Shown here: positions 17,026 through 24,616 of the stretch, piece after piece
How positions within the stretch are numbered: position 1 is the first letter of the stretch
Layout of the letters: each line of letters starts with the position of its first letter
Source of the DNA: Candidatus Magasanikiibacteriota bacterium
GTDB taxonomy: Bacteria; Patescibacteriota; Patescibacteriia; Magasanikbacterales; UBA922
Direction of reading: 5' to 3'
Length of the DNA: 41,994 nucleotides
Assembly: GCA_035438805.1 (NCBI GenBank)
Contig: DAORJA010000002.1
Location: 1-41,994 of the forward strand
Program-made: the position numbers and the translations under genes
The notes under the pieces: generated by a model
Databases searched by the model: none
What the model saw: the letters and a program-made list of their open reading frames with translations, nothing else
What the model was told of the DNA's origin: nothing

Positions 17026-18390
17026 ATGCCTATCATTTCTCACAATCCAGCAACAGGTGAGGATATACAAAAATTTCATGAACTGACGGATGAAGAGATA
17101 CAGGAAAAAATTGCAAAGGCACAATCGGCATTTAATGTATACAAAAAATTTTCTATAGAAAAAAGAAGTGAAATGTTGAAGAGTGTTGCTGCACATCTTC
17201 GGGAGAATAAAGTTGCGTATGGAACTCTAATTACTGAAGAAATTGGCAGGCCACTCGCTCCTTCAATTGCTGAGATTGAAAAATGCGCGCTAGCCTGTGA
17301 TTATTATGCTGAGCAGGGACCTGAAATGCTTAAGCCGGAGATGGTTGTGACTGAAGCAAGAGAAAGTTATGTGACGCTCGAACCACTGGGAATTGTATTT
17401 GCAGTGATGCCTTGGAATTTTCCATTCTGGCAAGTGCTTCGTTTTGCAGCTCCTGCGCTCATTGCAGGTAATGTTGGTCTATTGAAGCCTGCGTCAAATG
17501 TACCTCGCTGTGCTGAAGCTATTGAAAGTATATTCCTCAAATGTGGGTATGATGAAGGGATATTCCAGAATCTATTTGTAAGTGGAGGACGAACTGAAAT
17601 TATTATTCGTGACCCACGTGTGAAAGCTGTTACCCTCACTGGAAGTGAATGGGCTGGGAGAAAAGTTGCAGAAATCGCAGGAGATGAAATCAAACCATCA
17701 GTTCTAGAACTTGGTGGGAGCGATGCGTTTATTGTGCTTGCAAGTGCAGACATTGAAAAGGCTGCACGTGTGGGAGCTCAAGCTCGATTGCAAAATTGCG
17801 GACAGAGCTGTATCGCGGCAAAACGATTTATTATCGAAGAATCAGTGTACGATAAATTTTTAGAGTTATTTACGATTGAATTCAAAAACTTTGTACCAGA
17901 TGATCCAAAAAATCCTGATACCAAGATTGGTCCGGTTGCTACACAATCAGGATTAGAAGATGTAGAAAAGCAAGTCGTGTCTTCAATTGAAAAAGGAGCG
18001 AGTGTTGCAATTGGCGGAAAAAGAATTGAAAAGCCAGGTTATTTTTATAGCCCCACTATTTTGACGGGAGTAAAATCAGGCATGCCAGCGTACAATGAAG
18101 AAATTTTTGGACCAGTAGCTTCTGTGATCAAAGTAAGAGATGAAGCAGAGGCAATTACAGTCGCAAATGACTCTCCGTTTGGACTTGGAAGCTCTCTATG
18201 GTCAAATGATCGTGAACAAATTGAACGTATTATTCCGCAAATTGAGGCTGGCTGTGTATTCGTAAATTCAATGGTAAAGTCTGATCCGCGTCTTCCTTTT
18301 GGTGGAGTCAAAAAATCAGGATATGGACGTGAACTCTCATACTTCGGACTTCGAGAGTTTGTAAATGTAAAAACTGTTTCGATTGAATAA
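17026..18390 (+). CDS. NAD(P)-dependent aldehyde dehydrogenase (succinate-semialdehyde DH-like)
   Basis: ALDH fold motifs: FPFWQV, LELGGSDAF (catalytic Glu), NCGQSCIAAKR (catalytic Cys) and EEIFGPV. Confidence 0.85.
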   Translation: MPIISHNPATGEDIQKFHELTDEEIQEKIAKAQSAFNVYKKFSIEKRSEMLKSVAAHLRENKVAYGTLITEEIGRPLAPSIAEIEKCALACDYYAEQGPEMLKPEMVVTEARESYVTLEPLGIVFAVMPWNFPFWQVLRFAAPALIAGNVGLLKPASNVPRCAEAIESIFLKCGYDEGIFQNLFVSGGRTEIIIRDPRVKAVTLTGSEWAGRKVAEIAGDEIKPSVLELGGSDAFIVLASADIEKAARVGAQARLQNCGQSCIAAKRFIIEESVYDKFLELFTIEFKNFVPDDPKNPDTKIGPVATQSGLEDVEKQVVSSIEKGASVAIGGKRIEKPGYFYSPTILTGVKSGMPAYNEEIFGPVASVIKVRDEAEAITVANDSPFGLGSSLWSNDREQIERIIPQIEAGCVFVNSMVKSDPRLPFGGVKKSGYGRELSYFGLREFVNVKTVSIE

Positions 18391-18445
18391 TGAAATGTGG
18401 GACGTAGATATGATATACTGTTAATACAGTATTGTTTCTATTTGT

Positions 18446-20329
18446 ATGTCTGTCGACAAAAAAATTCTTGCACAAACCTTTGCACAATCGTGTCGTGCGT
18501 CAATTTTGGAAATGACTGCTCATGCGGGCAGTGGTCATCCAGGCGGATCACTCTCATCAATTGATTATCTTTCAGTACTCTATACTTCAATAATTTCACA
18601 AACTGGTGAACCAGTATTTATTTCAAATGGACATATTTCACCGGCAGTATATTCGGTATTAGCTGAAATGGGCTGGGTTTCAAAAAAAGAAATGATTGAG
18701 GGATTTAGAAAATGTGGTTCAAAATTTGAAGGGCATGTGACACGCCATGTGCCAGGTGTGTGGTATGGGACGGGACCTCTCGCAATCGGACTTTCAGTCG
18801 CGTGTGGGACTGCTCTTGGGTATAAAATAAAAAAACTCAAACAAAGAGTATACGCAGTGATTGGTGATGGGGAAGGAAATGAAGGGCAGATTTACGAAGC
18901 CATGAATTTTGCGCATAAATACAAACTAGACAACTTGATTGTTATGATGGATTATAATCATGTTCAGTTGTCAGACGCTACTGAGCGTATCATGCCATAT
19001 AATCCTGTAGAAATTTTTAAAGCTGGTGGATGGAATGTGCTTGAAATTGATGGACATAATTATGATGATATTTTTGAAGCATTAGAAATTGCCAAGAATC
19101 AAAATGGACATCCGACGTTTATTTGTGCAAGTACCATCATGGGCAAAGGAGTAGATTTTATGGAAGCTGACGGAGCTGACTATAAAGCTACGTGGCACGG
19201 GAAGGCTCCAAGCAAAGAACAAATAATTGAAGCTGTAGCAGCGCTTAGTATAAATCCAGACGAAGAAAAAATGCTAAAGAAATTTAGAAAAAGTATTCTT
19301 ATCAAGCCACCAGTGTGGAAAGATACAGAATTTGGAGCAGCTGTTAAAATAAAATCAGGAAAAGTAAAATTGTATGCAGTGGATACTCTTACTGATTGTC
19401 GAAGTGCATATGGTGTGGCTCTTGTTGATCTTGCAAAGTTGAATAAAAATATTGTGGCACTCACTGCAGATCTCGGAGGATCAGTAAAAACTGATGGAGT
19501 ACAAAAAACATATCCTAATCGTCATATTGAGTGTGGAGTTGCAGAGCAGCTCATGGTCTCAGCCTCAGCGGGGCTTGAAATAGCGGGCTTTGTGCCGTTC
19601 TGCTCTACATTTGGGGCATTTATGACAAGCCGTGCAAAAGATCAAGCTCGGGTAAATGATATTAATGAAACGAATGTAAAAATGGTTGCAACTCACTGTG
19701 GACTCTCTGTCGGAGAAGATGGGCCAACGCATCAGGCAATTGATGATTCTTCTTCAGTCGTAGGATTTTTCAATACTATGCAATTGGAACCTGCTGACCC
19801 GAATCATTGCGATAGGCTCGTTCGTTTCGCCGCAACACACCAAGGTAATGTGTATATGCGTATGGGAAGACATAAAATCCCAGTACTCACTACTGGATCA
19901 GGAAAACCTTTTTATAATGAAAAGTACGTGTATACCTATGGTAAGACTGATGTTTTACGCAAGGGTGATTCCCTGACGATTGTTGCAATGGGCGGAGTAG
20001 TAGTTGAAGCACTTCACGCATGGGAACAATTAAAGTCAGGCGGAGTTTCAGTAGAAGTGATTATTGCAAGTTCAATCAAAGCTTTTGATGAAACGGTGTT
20101 TGAATCAATCAAAAAAACTGGCATGGTAATAACGGTTGAAGATCATAATCCATATGCAGGGCTCGGTGGAATGCTTGCACGAGAATGTGCTAGTCGAGGA
20201 ATAGTGTATCAAAAGTATGAAATGCTTGGTGTGAGAGAATACCAGTTATCAGGTACTGCAGAAGAGCTTTATCATGCAGCCGGAATTGATACTGGAGCTA
20301 TTGTGGCAAAAGTAAAGGCTATGCTATAA
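18446..20329 (+). CDS. tkt: transketolase
   Basis: GSGHPGGSLS, the GDGEGNEGQIYEA TPP-binding motif, a pyrimidine-binding domain and a C-terminal domain. 627 aa. Confidence 0.9.
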   Translation: MSVDKKILAQTFAQSCRASILEMTAHAGSGHPGGSLSSIDYLSVLYTSIISQTGEPVFISNGHISPAVYSVLAEMGWVSKKEMIEGFRKCGSKFEGHVTRHVPGVWYGTGPLAIGLSVACGTALGYKIKKLKQRVYAVIGDGEGNEGQIYEAMNFAHKYKLDNLIVMMDYNHVQLSDATERIMPYNPVEIFKAGGWNVLEIDGHNYDDIFEALEIAKNQNGHPTFICASTIMGKGVDFMEADGADYKATWHGKAPSKEQIIEAVAALSINPDEEKMLKKFRKSILIKPPVWKDTEFGAAVKIKSGKVKLYAVDTLTDCRSAYGVALVDLAKLNKNIVALTADLGGSVKTDGVQKTYPNRHIECGVAEQLMVSASAGLEIAGFVPFCSTFGAFMTSRAKDQARVNDINETNVKMVATHCGLSVGEDGPTHQAIDDSSSVVGFFNTMQLEPADPNHCDRLVRFAATHQGNVYMRMGRHKIPVLTTGSGKPFYNEKYVYTYGKTDVLRKGDSLTIVAMGGVVVEALHAWEQLKSGGVSVEVIIASSIKAFDETVFESIKKTGMVITVEDHNPYAGLGGMLARECASRGIVYQKYEMLGVREYQLSGTAEELYHAAGIDTGAIVAKVKAML

Positions 20330-20353
20330 TCAACTGCGGTGTAATTAATCATT

Positions 20354-20929
20354 TTGTATATACCTAACATAGTGATTACAATTCCCACGTTAAACGAATG
20401 GAAAGAGGTCAGAGCTCTAAGGCTTCAAGCTCTCAAAAATGAACCTCATGCATTTAAGAATGGTTATCACGAAGAAATACAATTGACTGAGAATGAATGG
20501 AAAAAGAAAATTTATAATTCATCCCGAAATAATCGGGATGAATTTTTTATTATAGCAAAAGTAGATAATCGAATTGTAGGAATGGTGGGTGCTGACTTGA
20601 GAGACGAGAAGACATGGTGTCTTAAATCAGTGTTTGTTGCATACGAGTATAGGGGACAGGGGATTGGAACACGACTTCTTGAGGAAGTAATAGAAAAGCT
20701 TGAAAGAAATTATCATGCACGCATGATCGAGCTCACGGTAAACATACTGCAAATAGCGGCAATTCGAGTGTATACTAAGTGTGGATTTGTGGTGAGGGAG
20801 ATTATGGAAAATCAAGAATCAGGCGATGGAAAAAAATATACTAAGTTTAATATGTATCGGAATTTTTGTCCGATTACCATGCAGGGACATGTAAATGATT
20901 TTGAAAAAACATTGCTTATCCACAGATAA
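20354..20929 (+). CDS. GNAT family N-acetyltransferase
   Basis: Acetyl-CoA motif A VAYEYRGQGIGTRLLEEV. TTG start in the track, so the exact start is uncertain. Confidence 0.75.
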   Translation: MYIPNIVITIPTLNEWKEVRALRLQALKNEPHAFKNGYHEEIQLTENEWKKKIYNSSRNNRDEFFIIAKVDNRIVGMVGADLRDEKTWCLKSVFVAYEYRGQGIGTRLLEEVIEKLERNYHARMIELTVNILQIAAIRVYTKCGFVVREIMENQESGDGKKYTKFNMYRNFCPITMQGHVNDFEKTLLIHR

Positions 20930-20941
20930 TATATAATTTAT

Positions 20942-20969
20942 TTGACGTGAAATCCTGCCATGGTATATT
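20942..20969 (+). promoter_or_regulatory. sigma-70-type promoter with extended -10, upstream of the GC-rich non-coding island
   Basis: TTGACG (20942-20947), 16 nt, then TGgTATATT (-10 at 20964-20969). Confidence 0.4.
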
Positions 20970-21052
20970 AAACATAGATTAAAATACAAAACAGTTTCAC
21001 CCCAGCATCTATTCTGTAGAACTTGTAGTATAGATGGTGCTGTGAATGTTTA

Positions 21053-21400
21053 GGGGGCAAAACAATCGCTCGCACCGACATGTGCCATTTCCCGTTCCCG
21101 TTTCCTTTTCGCTCCTTCCGTGCCCCTGGCTATCTTTCCCTCAACCTGGCCTGTTGTAGGCCCTCAACTGTTGCGACTCTCGTCGTCTTAGTCCTTCGAG
21201 GCCCTTCTGGCCTCGCTCTGAGAAACGCACCGCCTATCGTGCACAAAAGCGGTGTGAGCGCAGTCAGTTCACGTAGTCGAGAGACAAGAAGAAAAGGGGT
21301 CCATGACCCCATCCTAGCCAGCAGACCTTCGGGTCGACCAAGTTCCTTCGTCCCATGAGGGGCGGCAATCACACGTACCAACGTGTGTGCGCCGCCCCTC
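21053..21400 (+). ncRNA. candidate structured non-coding RNA of unknown class (strand tentative)
   Basis: About 57% GC in an AT-rich genome. Only mutually antisense, RBS-less ORFs are present. Local hairpins: GGCCT/AGGCC 21148-21162, GAGGCC/GGCCTC 21198-21214, CACCGC/GCGGTG 21228-21254, GGGGTC/GACCCC 21296-21310, GACC-UUCG-GGUC 21324-21335 and a 44-nt terminal hairpin at 21357-21400. Plus strand is favoured only by the upstream promoter. Confidence 0.4.
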
Positions 21401-21443
21401 CGTACACCTTTGTTTTCTTAATTGTTAAGGAGGCAAAAGCAAC

Positions 21444-21476
21444 ACAAAATAACCGACTATAAATCGGTTATTTTGT
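21444..21476. terminator. bidirectional Rho-independent terminator
   Basis: ACAAAATAACCGA-ctataaa-TCGGTTATTTTGT, immediately after the stop of the minus-strand membrane gene. Confidence 0.65.
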
Positions 21477-21483
21477 TTGTAGG

Positions 21484-22719
21484 TTAGTGGGTATGTGAAT
21501 GATGATGTACTTCTTTAAGAGAATTTTCAGGTTTGATTTTACTATAATATTTTGCAGCAATGAGTGTGGTGAATGGAACTGCAATAATCAAGGTGATACT
21601 TCCGATAATCATTCGTATGACTTCTTCCATAATAATCTCGCTATTTAGCGTTACCCAGGCTGGTCGCTCATAAATTTTGAAGAGTAGAATAAGTGGAAGA
21701 GATGCTCCGGTGTATGCAAGGACGAGCGTATTTACGAGAGATAAAATATGTTCACGACCGACTAATGATGCGCGGCCATACAATTCTCGCGCAGATAATT
21801 CAGGATTAGCATAATAAATTTGTTCAACAACAGCTGCTTGTGCTGTAGTAATATCATCAAGTATTCCCAAGACTCCAATGATAATACCGCCGAGCAATAA
21901 TCCGCGAAGATTGATCATGACACCTGGAGCAAACTGGAGATAAAAGGCTTCTTCACTACCCATGCCAAATAGATGGGTAAATATTACAAAAAAATACGAG
22001 AGTACAAGGGCTACACTAATAGAGATAATAGTTCCGACAAGCGCGATTGAGGTGCGCGCATGAAATCCATGCGCGATGTACAGTGAAGTGGCTGCAATAA
22101 TACTGGTACCAATTAGGCTCACCAGCAAGGGATTTGCCCCATGTATGATCTGGGGAACAATGTACCATGCAATGACTCCAAAGCTCACGAGAAGGCCTGC
22201 AAATGCTCTAAATCCATGAAATTTGGTAAGTATGAGGGTAATGAGCACAAATATAGACAAAACGATCCATAGAGCATCCAGGCGGTACATATCGCTAATA
22301 TAGTACTGGGTCTCTCCAGCAATAACGCTTTTTCCGACTACCAATGAATCTCCAATTTTTAATTGCCTATTTTCTCGATCTTTAAGAACTTCATTGGTGA
22401 CCATGACTATACTACCATCTTCAAATCCGGAAGTGATTAATACTTCTATTTCTTGGATCAATATTTTCTCTCCTTCACCGTAACCCTCAGCTTCTCTTTC
22501 ACTAATAATGTGATTAACTTTTCCTCGGTAGAAAACATCGCTTACTTCTGTAGGTTCTTCAGGGTTTGTGTTAGTAGTTTCAGGGAATGTAAACGAGGGG
22601 TCATTTTGAATTGATTCACTCACCGATCCAGCCATGGGCTCTGCCGAAGCGACATAGGGAAATGTGAAAGTATTCAAAAAAAAGATAAATAGAAAAAAAG
22701 GAAATAAAATTTTTTTCAT
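21484..22719 (-). CDS. YibE/F-like integral membrane protein
   Basis: Signal/anchor, about 130-aa extracytoplasmic domain, then about 7 TM helices with LGILDDITTAQAAVVEQI. Ends in an HHHSHTH tail. Family call is from memory. Confidence 0.6.
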   Translation of the reverse strand: MKKILFPFFLFIFFLNTFTFPYVASAEPMAGSVSESIQNDPSFTFPETTNTNPEEPTEVSDVFYRGKVNHIISEREAEGYGEGEKILIQEIEVLITSGFEDGSIVMVTNEVLKDRENRQLKIGDSLVVGKSVIAGETQYYISDMYRLDALWIVLSIFVLITLILTKFHGFRAFAGLLVSFGVIAWYIVPQIIHGANPLLVSLIGTSIIAATSLYIAHGFHARTSIALVGTIISISVALVLSYFFVIFTHLFGMGSEEAFYLQFAPGVMINLRGLLLGGIIIGVLGILDDITTAQAAVVEQIYYANPELSARELYGRASLVGREHILSLVNTLVLAYTGASLPLILLFKIYERPAWVTLNSEIIMEEVIRMIIGSITLIIAVPFTTLIAAKYYSKIKPENSLKEVHHHSHTH

Positions 22720-22767
22720 AATTGATTATACGTTTATCACTATAGTGTATTACAAATTCAAAAAAAA

Positions 22768-22794
22768 GAAAACCGATTTTTAGTCGGTTTTCTT
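22768..22794 (-). terminator. Rho-independent terminator
   Basis: AAGAAAACCGA-tttttag-TCGGTTTTCTT. A T-run follows on the minus strand. Confidence 0.65.
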
Positions 22795-22809
22795 TGTTCA
22801 GGAGATCGT

Positions 22810-23460
22810 TTATTCTGCTGCTTTTACAGAATCGCACATACTCTTGTAATCTGGACCATCATTTTCAAAATTTGATTCAGATCCAATTCCATGACATGCA
22901 ATGAATTTTCCGTTAACTTCTTTTATCTGCACCCATGCTTTACGATTCACCTGCGTAGCCCAGCTTGGATCAGGCCCTACGGTAAAGATTGCTTCACCAT
23001 TCTGAGAGCTATCTTTGACTACTCCTGGATAGGTAGCTTCAAGATACTTCTGCTCATGTGCGAGTGCTGCATCAATGCTTGAAACTCCAGGTACAACGCG
23101 AAGTGCAAAAGCATTAGAACTAAAGTCGTAGATATAAAATTTGCCACTTCCATCTAAAGTACATTTCCATGTTTTGTCTGGAGGACAGGTTACTTGAACA
23201 CCAATTTCGTTGTCTACAAGTGTATTGCGGTGTGTATTTCCAGCTTCAGTGTTAGGAACATCTTTTGTTTGTGCTCCAGTAGATTGTCCGACACTGTAGT
23301 CTGTTGTTGGCTGTGTTCCTACATCTTCTGTAGTATTTGCCTGAGTACCCGTATTTACAGAGGTATCTGTCTTAGGGGTGGTCGAGGTGGATGAACATCC
23401 AGCACCAACGAGAACGAGTGCAAGGGCACCCACGAGAAGTGAACTACTCTTTTTACGCAT
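22810..23460 (-). CDS. hypothetical lipoprotein
   Basis: Lipobox LVGAGCSS, a Thr/Asn-rich linker and a globular C-terminal domain. Confidence 0.65.
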   Translation of the reverse strand: MRKKSSSLLVGALALVLVGAGCSSTSTTPKTDTSVNTGTQANTTEDVGTQPTTDYSVGQSTGAQTKDVPNTEAGNTHRNTLVDNEIGVQVTCPPDKTWKCTLDGSGKFYIYDFSSNAFALRVVPGVSSIDAALAHEQKYLEATYPGVVKDSSQNGEAIFTVGPDPSWATQVNRKAWVQIKEVNGKFIACHGIGSESNFENDGPDYKSMCDSVKAAE

Positions 23461-23630
23461 AGAGCAAATTAGTTACTATTACTAAATTAAATATATATTC
23501 TAGAGTATACGAGTCGCAAGAAATAAGCAATCAAATATGTGGATAGAGTGTGTAAACCTACACATTCCACACAATCGACTATTGGTTAATTTCGAAAAAC
23601 TCTCAGATTTAGTGCTAAATCTTGCAGACC

Positions 23631-23676
23631 TAAAAAGCAAAACGACCACCATTTCTGGTAGTCGTCCATCTTTGCT
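23631..23676 (-). terminator. hairpin terminator-like element in non-coding region
   Basis: Minus strand reads AGCAAAG-atgg-ACGACTACCA-gaaa-TGGTGGTCGT-TTTGCT followed by TTTTT. Confidence 0.4.
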
Positions 23677-23734
23677 CCGTTGACTATGTCTTTACCGAGC
23701 TTTTATATATTTACCGAACTGTGACTATATAAAC

Positions 23735-23763
23735 AAAAACAGCCTAGTGATTAAGCTGTTTTT
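23735..23763. terminator. hairpin terminator downstream of GC-rich ORF D
   Basis: AAAAACAGC, 11-nt loop, GCTGTTTTT. Preceded on the minus strand by a perfect 9-bp GC hairpin GGCCGACCG/CGGTCGGCC (23770-23800). Confidence 0.5.
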
Positions 23764-23880
23764 GAGAGTGGCCGACCGTTATTCGCGCTATCGGTCGGCC
23801 GAGCACTAGACTTTCGCTTCCTCGTCATTGTGTGACAGGGATACAACGTAGGACTAATGCTTCATGCCACTCGGATCAAC

Positions 23881-24369
23881 TTAGGTGGGATGGTCGTACG
23901 GCAGCGGCGACGCGGCGATTTGCTGCGCGAGCATGGCCGTCTGGATGATCTTTTCCGGATCATCCGGATACATGCGCACGAGCGCGTCGCACATGGCCAA
24001 CCCCTGCATGACCGAACGAATGTCCCCCTCGATGAAAATACCATCGACACAATCCACGTGTCCATGATCCGAAGTGCACATCATGAAGTTGTAGAATTGA
24101 GTGGAACCTGACGGCGGTATGTAGGAGCTGACCTGCTTGCGAACCGCATCGGTATCCTCGGGAAGTCCCTTCTCGCTTGCTTCGATCAGTGCCCCCTCAA
24201 TTTGAGAGAAGGTGACCAGACCCTGACTGAAGTTGCGATTGAACTCCCTCTTGAGATCCATCTTCTCCACGATGAACCAAAATTGCTGCCCAGGCACTGC
24301 CAGGCAGACATGGACGAGCTTAAGCTCCTTCCAGAGCGGGTGCTCGACTTCGTGATTGAAAAGACTCAT
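23881..24369 (-). CDS. hypothetical protein, GC-rich island D
   Basis: 162-aa ORF with ATG start. SD GAGGAGGA lies at 24377-24384 (minus strand), 7 nt from the ATG. Contains CTSDHGHVDC (possible metal site). No family recognised. Confidence 0.6.
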   Translation of the reverse strand: MSLFNHEVEHPLWKELKLVHVCLAVPGQQFWFIVEKMDLKREFNRNFSQGLVTFSQIEGALIEASEKGLPEDTDAVRKQVSSYIPPSGSTQFYNFMMCTSDHGHVDCVDGIFIEGDIRSVMQGLAMCDALVRMYPDDPEKIIQTAMLAQQIAASPLPYDHPT

Positions 24370-24395
24370 TCGCTATTCCTCCTCGAATGTTGATC

Positions 24396-24497
24396 ACACG
24401 CGTGGCGCGTGTCCCCTATGATAGTAACGTGATTTGAGTGGTATATGAAGGGGAATAATACTCCAAATTGATTTCAGAGCATAATCCCCCTTCATAT
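24396..24497 (-). promoter_or_regulatory. structured 5' leader of ORF D
   Basis: Palindrome ACACGCG-tgg-CGCGTGT (24396-24412). A perfect 11-bp stem ATATGAAGGGG/CCCCTTCATAT (24443-24453 / 24487-24497) encloses a 33-nt loop. Candidate promoter TTGACT-17-TGgTATTTC lies at 24547-24519 (minus strand). Confidence 0.35.
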
Positions 24498-24575
24498 GAT
24501 TAGAAAGAACAGAATTAAGAAATACCATAAAATTTTGTAAAAGTCAAAGGAGGAGAGTTCGACCCCCATTTGACC

Positions 24576-24610
24576 TTAACAAAAATCTCCGCTTGGATAA
24601 GCGAAGATTT
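24576..24610 (-). terminator. Rho-independent terminator of tRNA-Asn
   Basis: Minus-strand RNA forms AAAUCUUCGCUU-aucc-AAGCGGAGAUUU (12 bp including one G.U) followed by UUUUUG. On the plus strand the same pair is a C.A mismatch. Confidence 0.7.
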
Positions 24611-24616
24611 TAGGTG

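Noticed and set aside
16497-17196. Minus-strand ORFs 16497-16913 and 16954-17196
   Set aside because: The first is antisense to the alsS-like gene. The second reads through the palindromic repeat element (SFRAERSNSVVESRNPL-type translation) and the 5' end of the aldehyde dehydrogenase gene.
21080-21381. ORFs 21080-21358 (+, 92 aa) and 21130-21381 (-, 83 aa) in GC-rich island C
   Set aside because: They are mutually antisense and have no SD. One starts inside a hairpin loop. Their composition is odd (FPFPFPF and Arg/Pro-rich). This is typical of chance ORFs in GC-rich non-coding sequence.
21053-21400. Island C as RNase P RNA, tmRNA, SRP/4.5S RNA, 6S RNA, glycine or TPP riboswitch
   Set aside because: - RNase P: I found no GGAAAGUCCGGGC or ACAGAAxxCGGCUUA.
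- tmRNA: there is no tRNA-like 3' end or UCCACCA.
- SRP: there is no GGUCCGGAAGGAAGCAGC helix-8 motif. CACGGAAGGAGCG on the minus strand does not form the closing pairs.
- Riboswitches: CUGAGA (TPP-like) and CACGGAAGGAGCGAA (glycine-like) are isolated matches without the rest of the consensus, and no gene lies downstream on either strand.

Only a covariance-model search can settle this.
23857-24393. Plus-strand ORFs 23857-24111, 23885-24067 and 24202-24393, and minus-strand ORF 23862-24065
   Set aside because: They are shadows within GC-rich ORF D (23881-24369, minus strand), which alone has an SD and a sensible composition.
24549-24572. tRNA-like fragment GGAGAGTTCGACCCCCATTTGACC as an att-site remnant next to tRNA-Asn
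   Set aside because: It contains a GTTCGA T-loop-like hexamer, but the flanks cannot form a T-stem. It is in the opposite orientation to the tRNA and does not repeat the tRNA-Asn 3' end.
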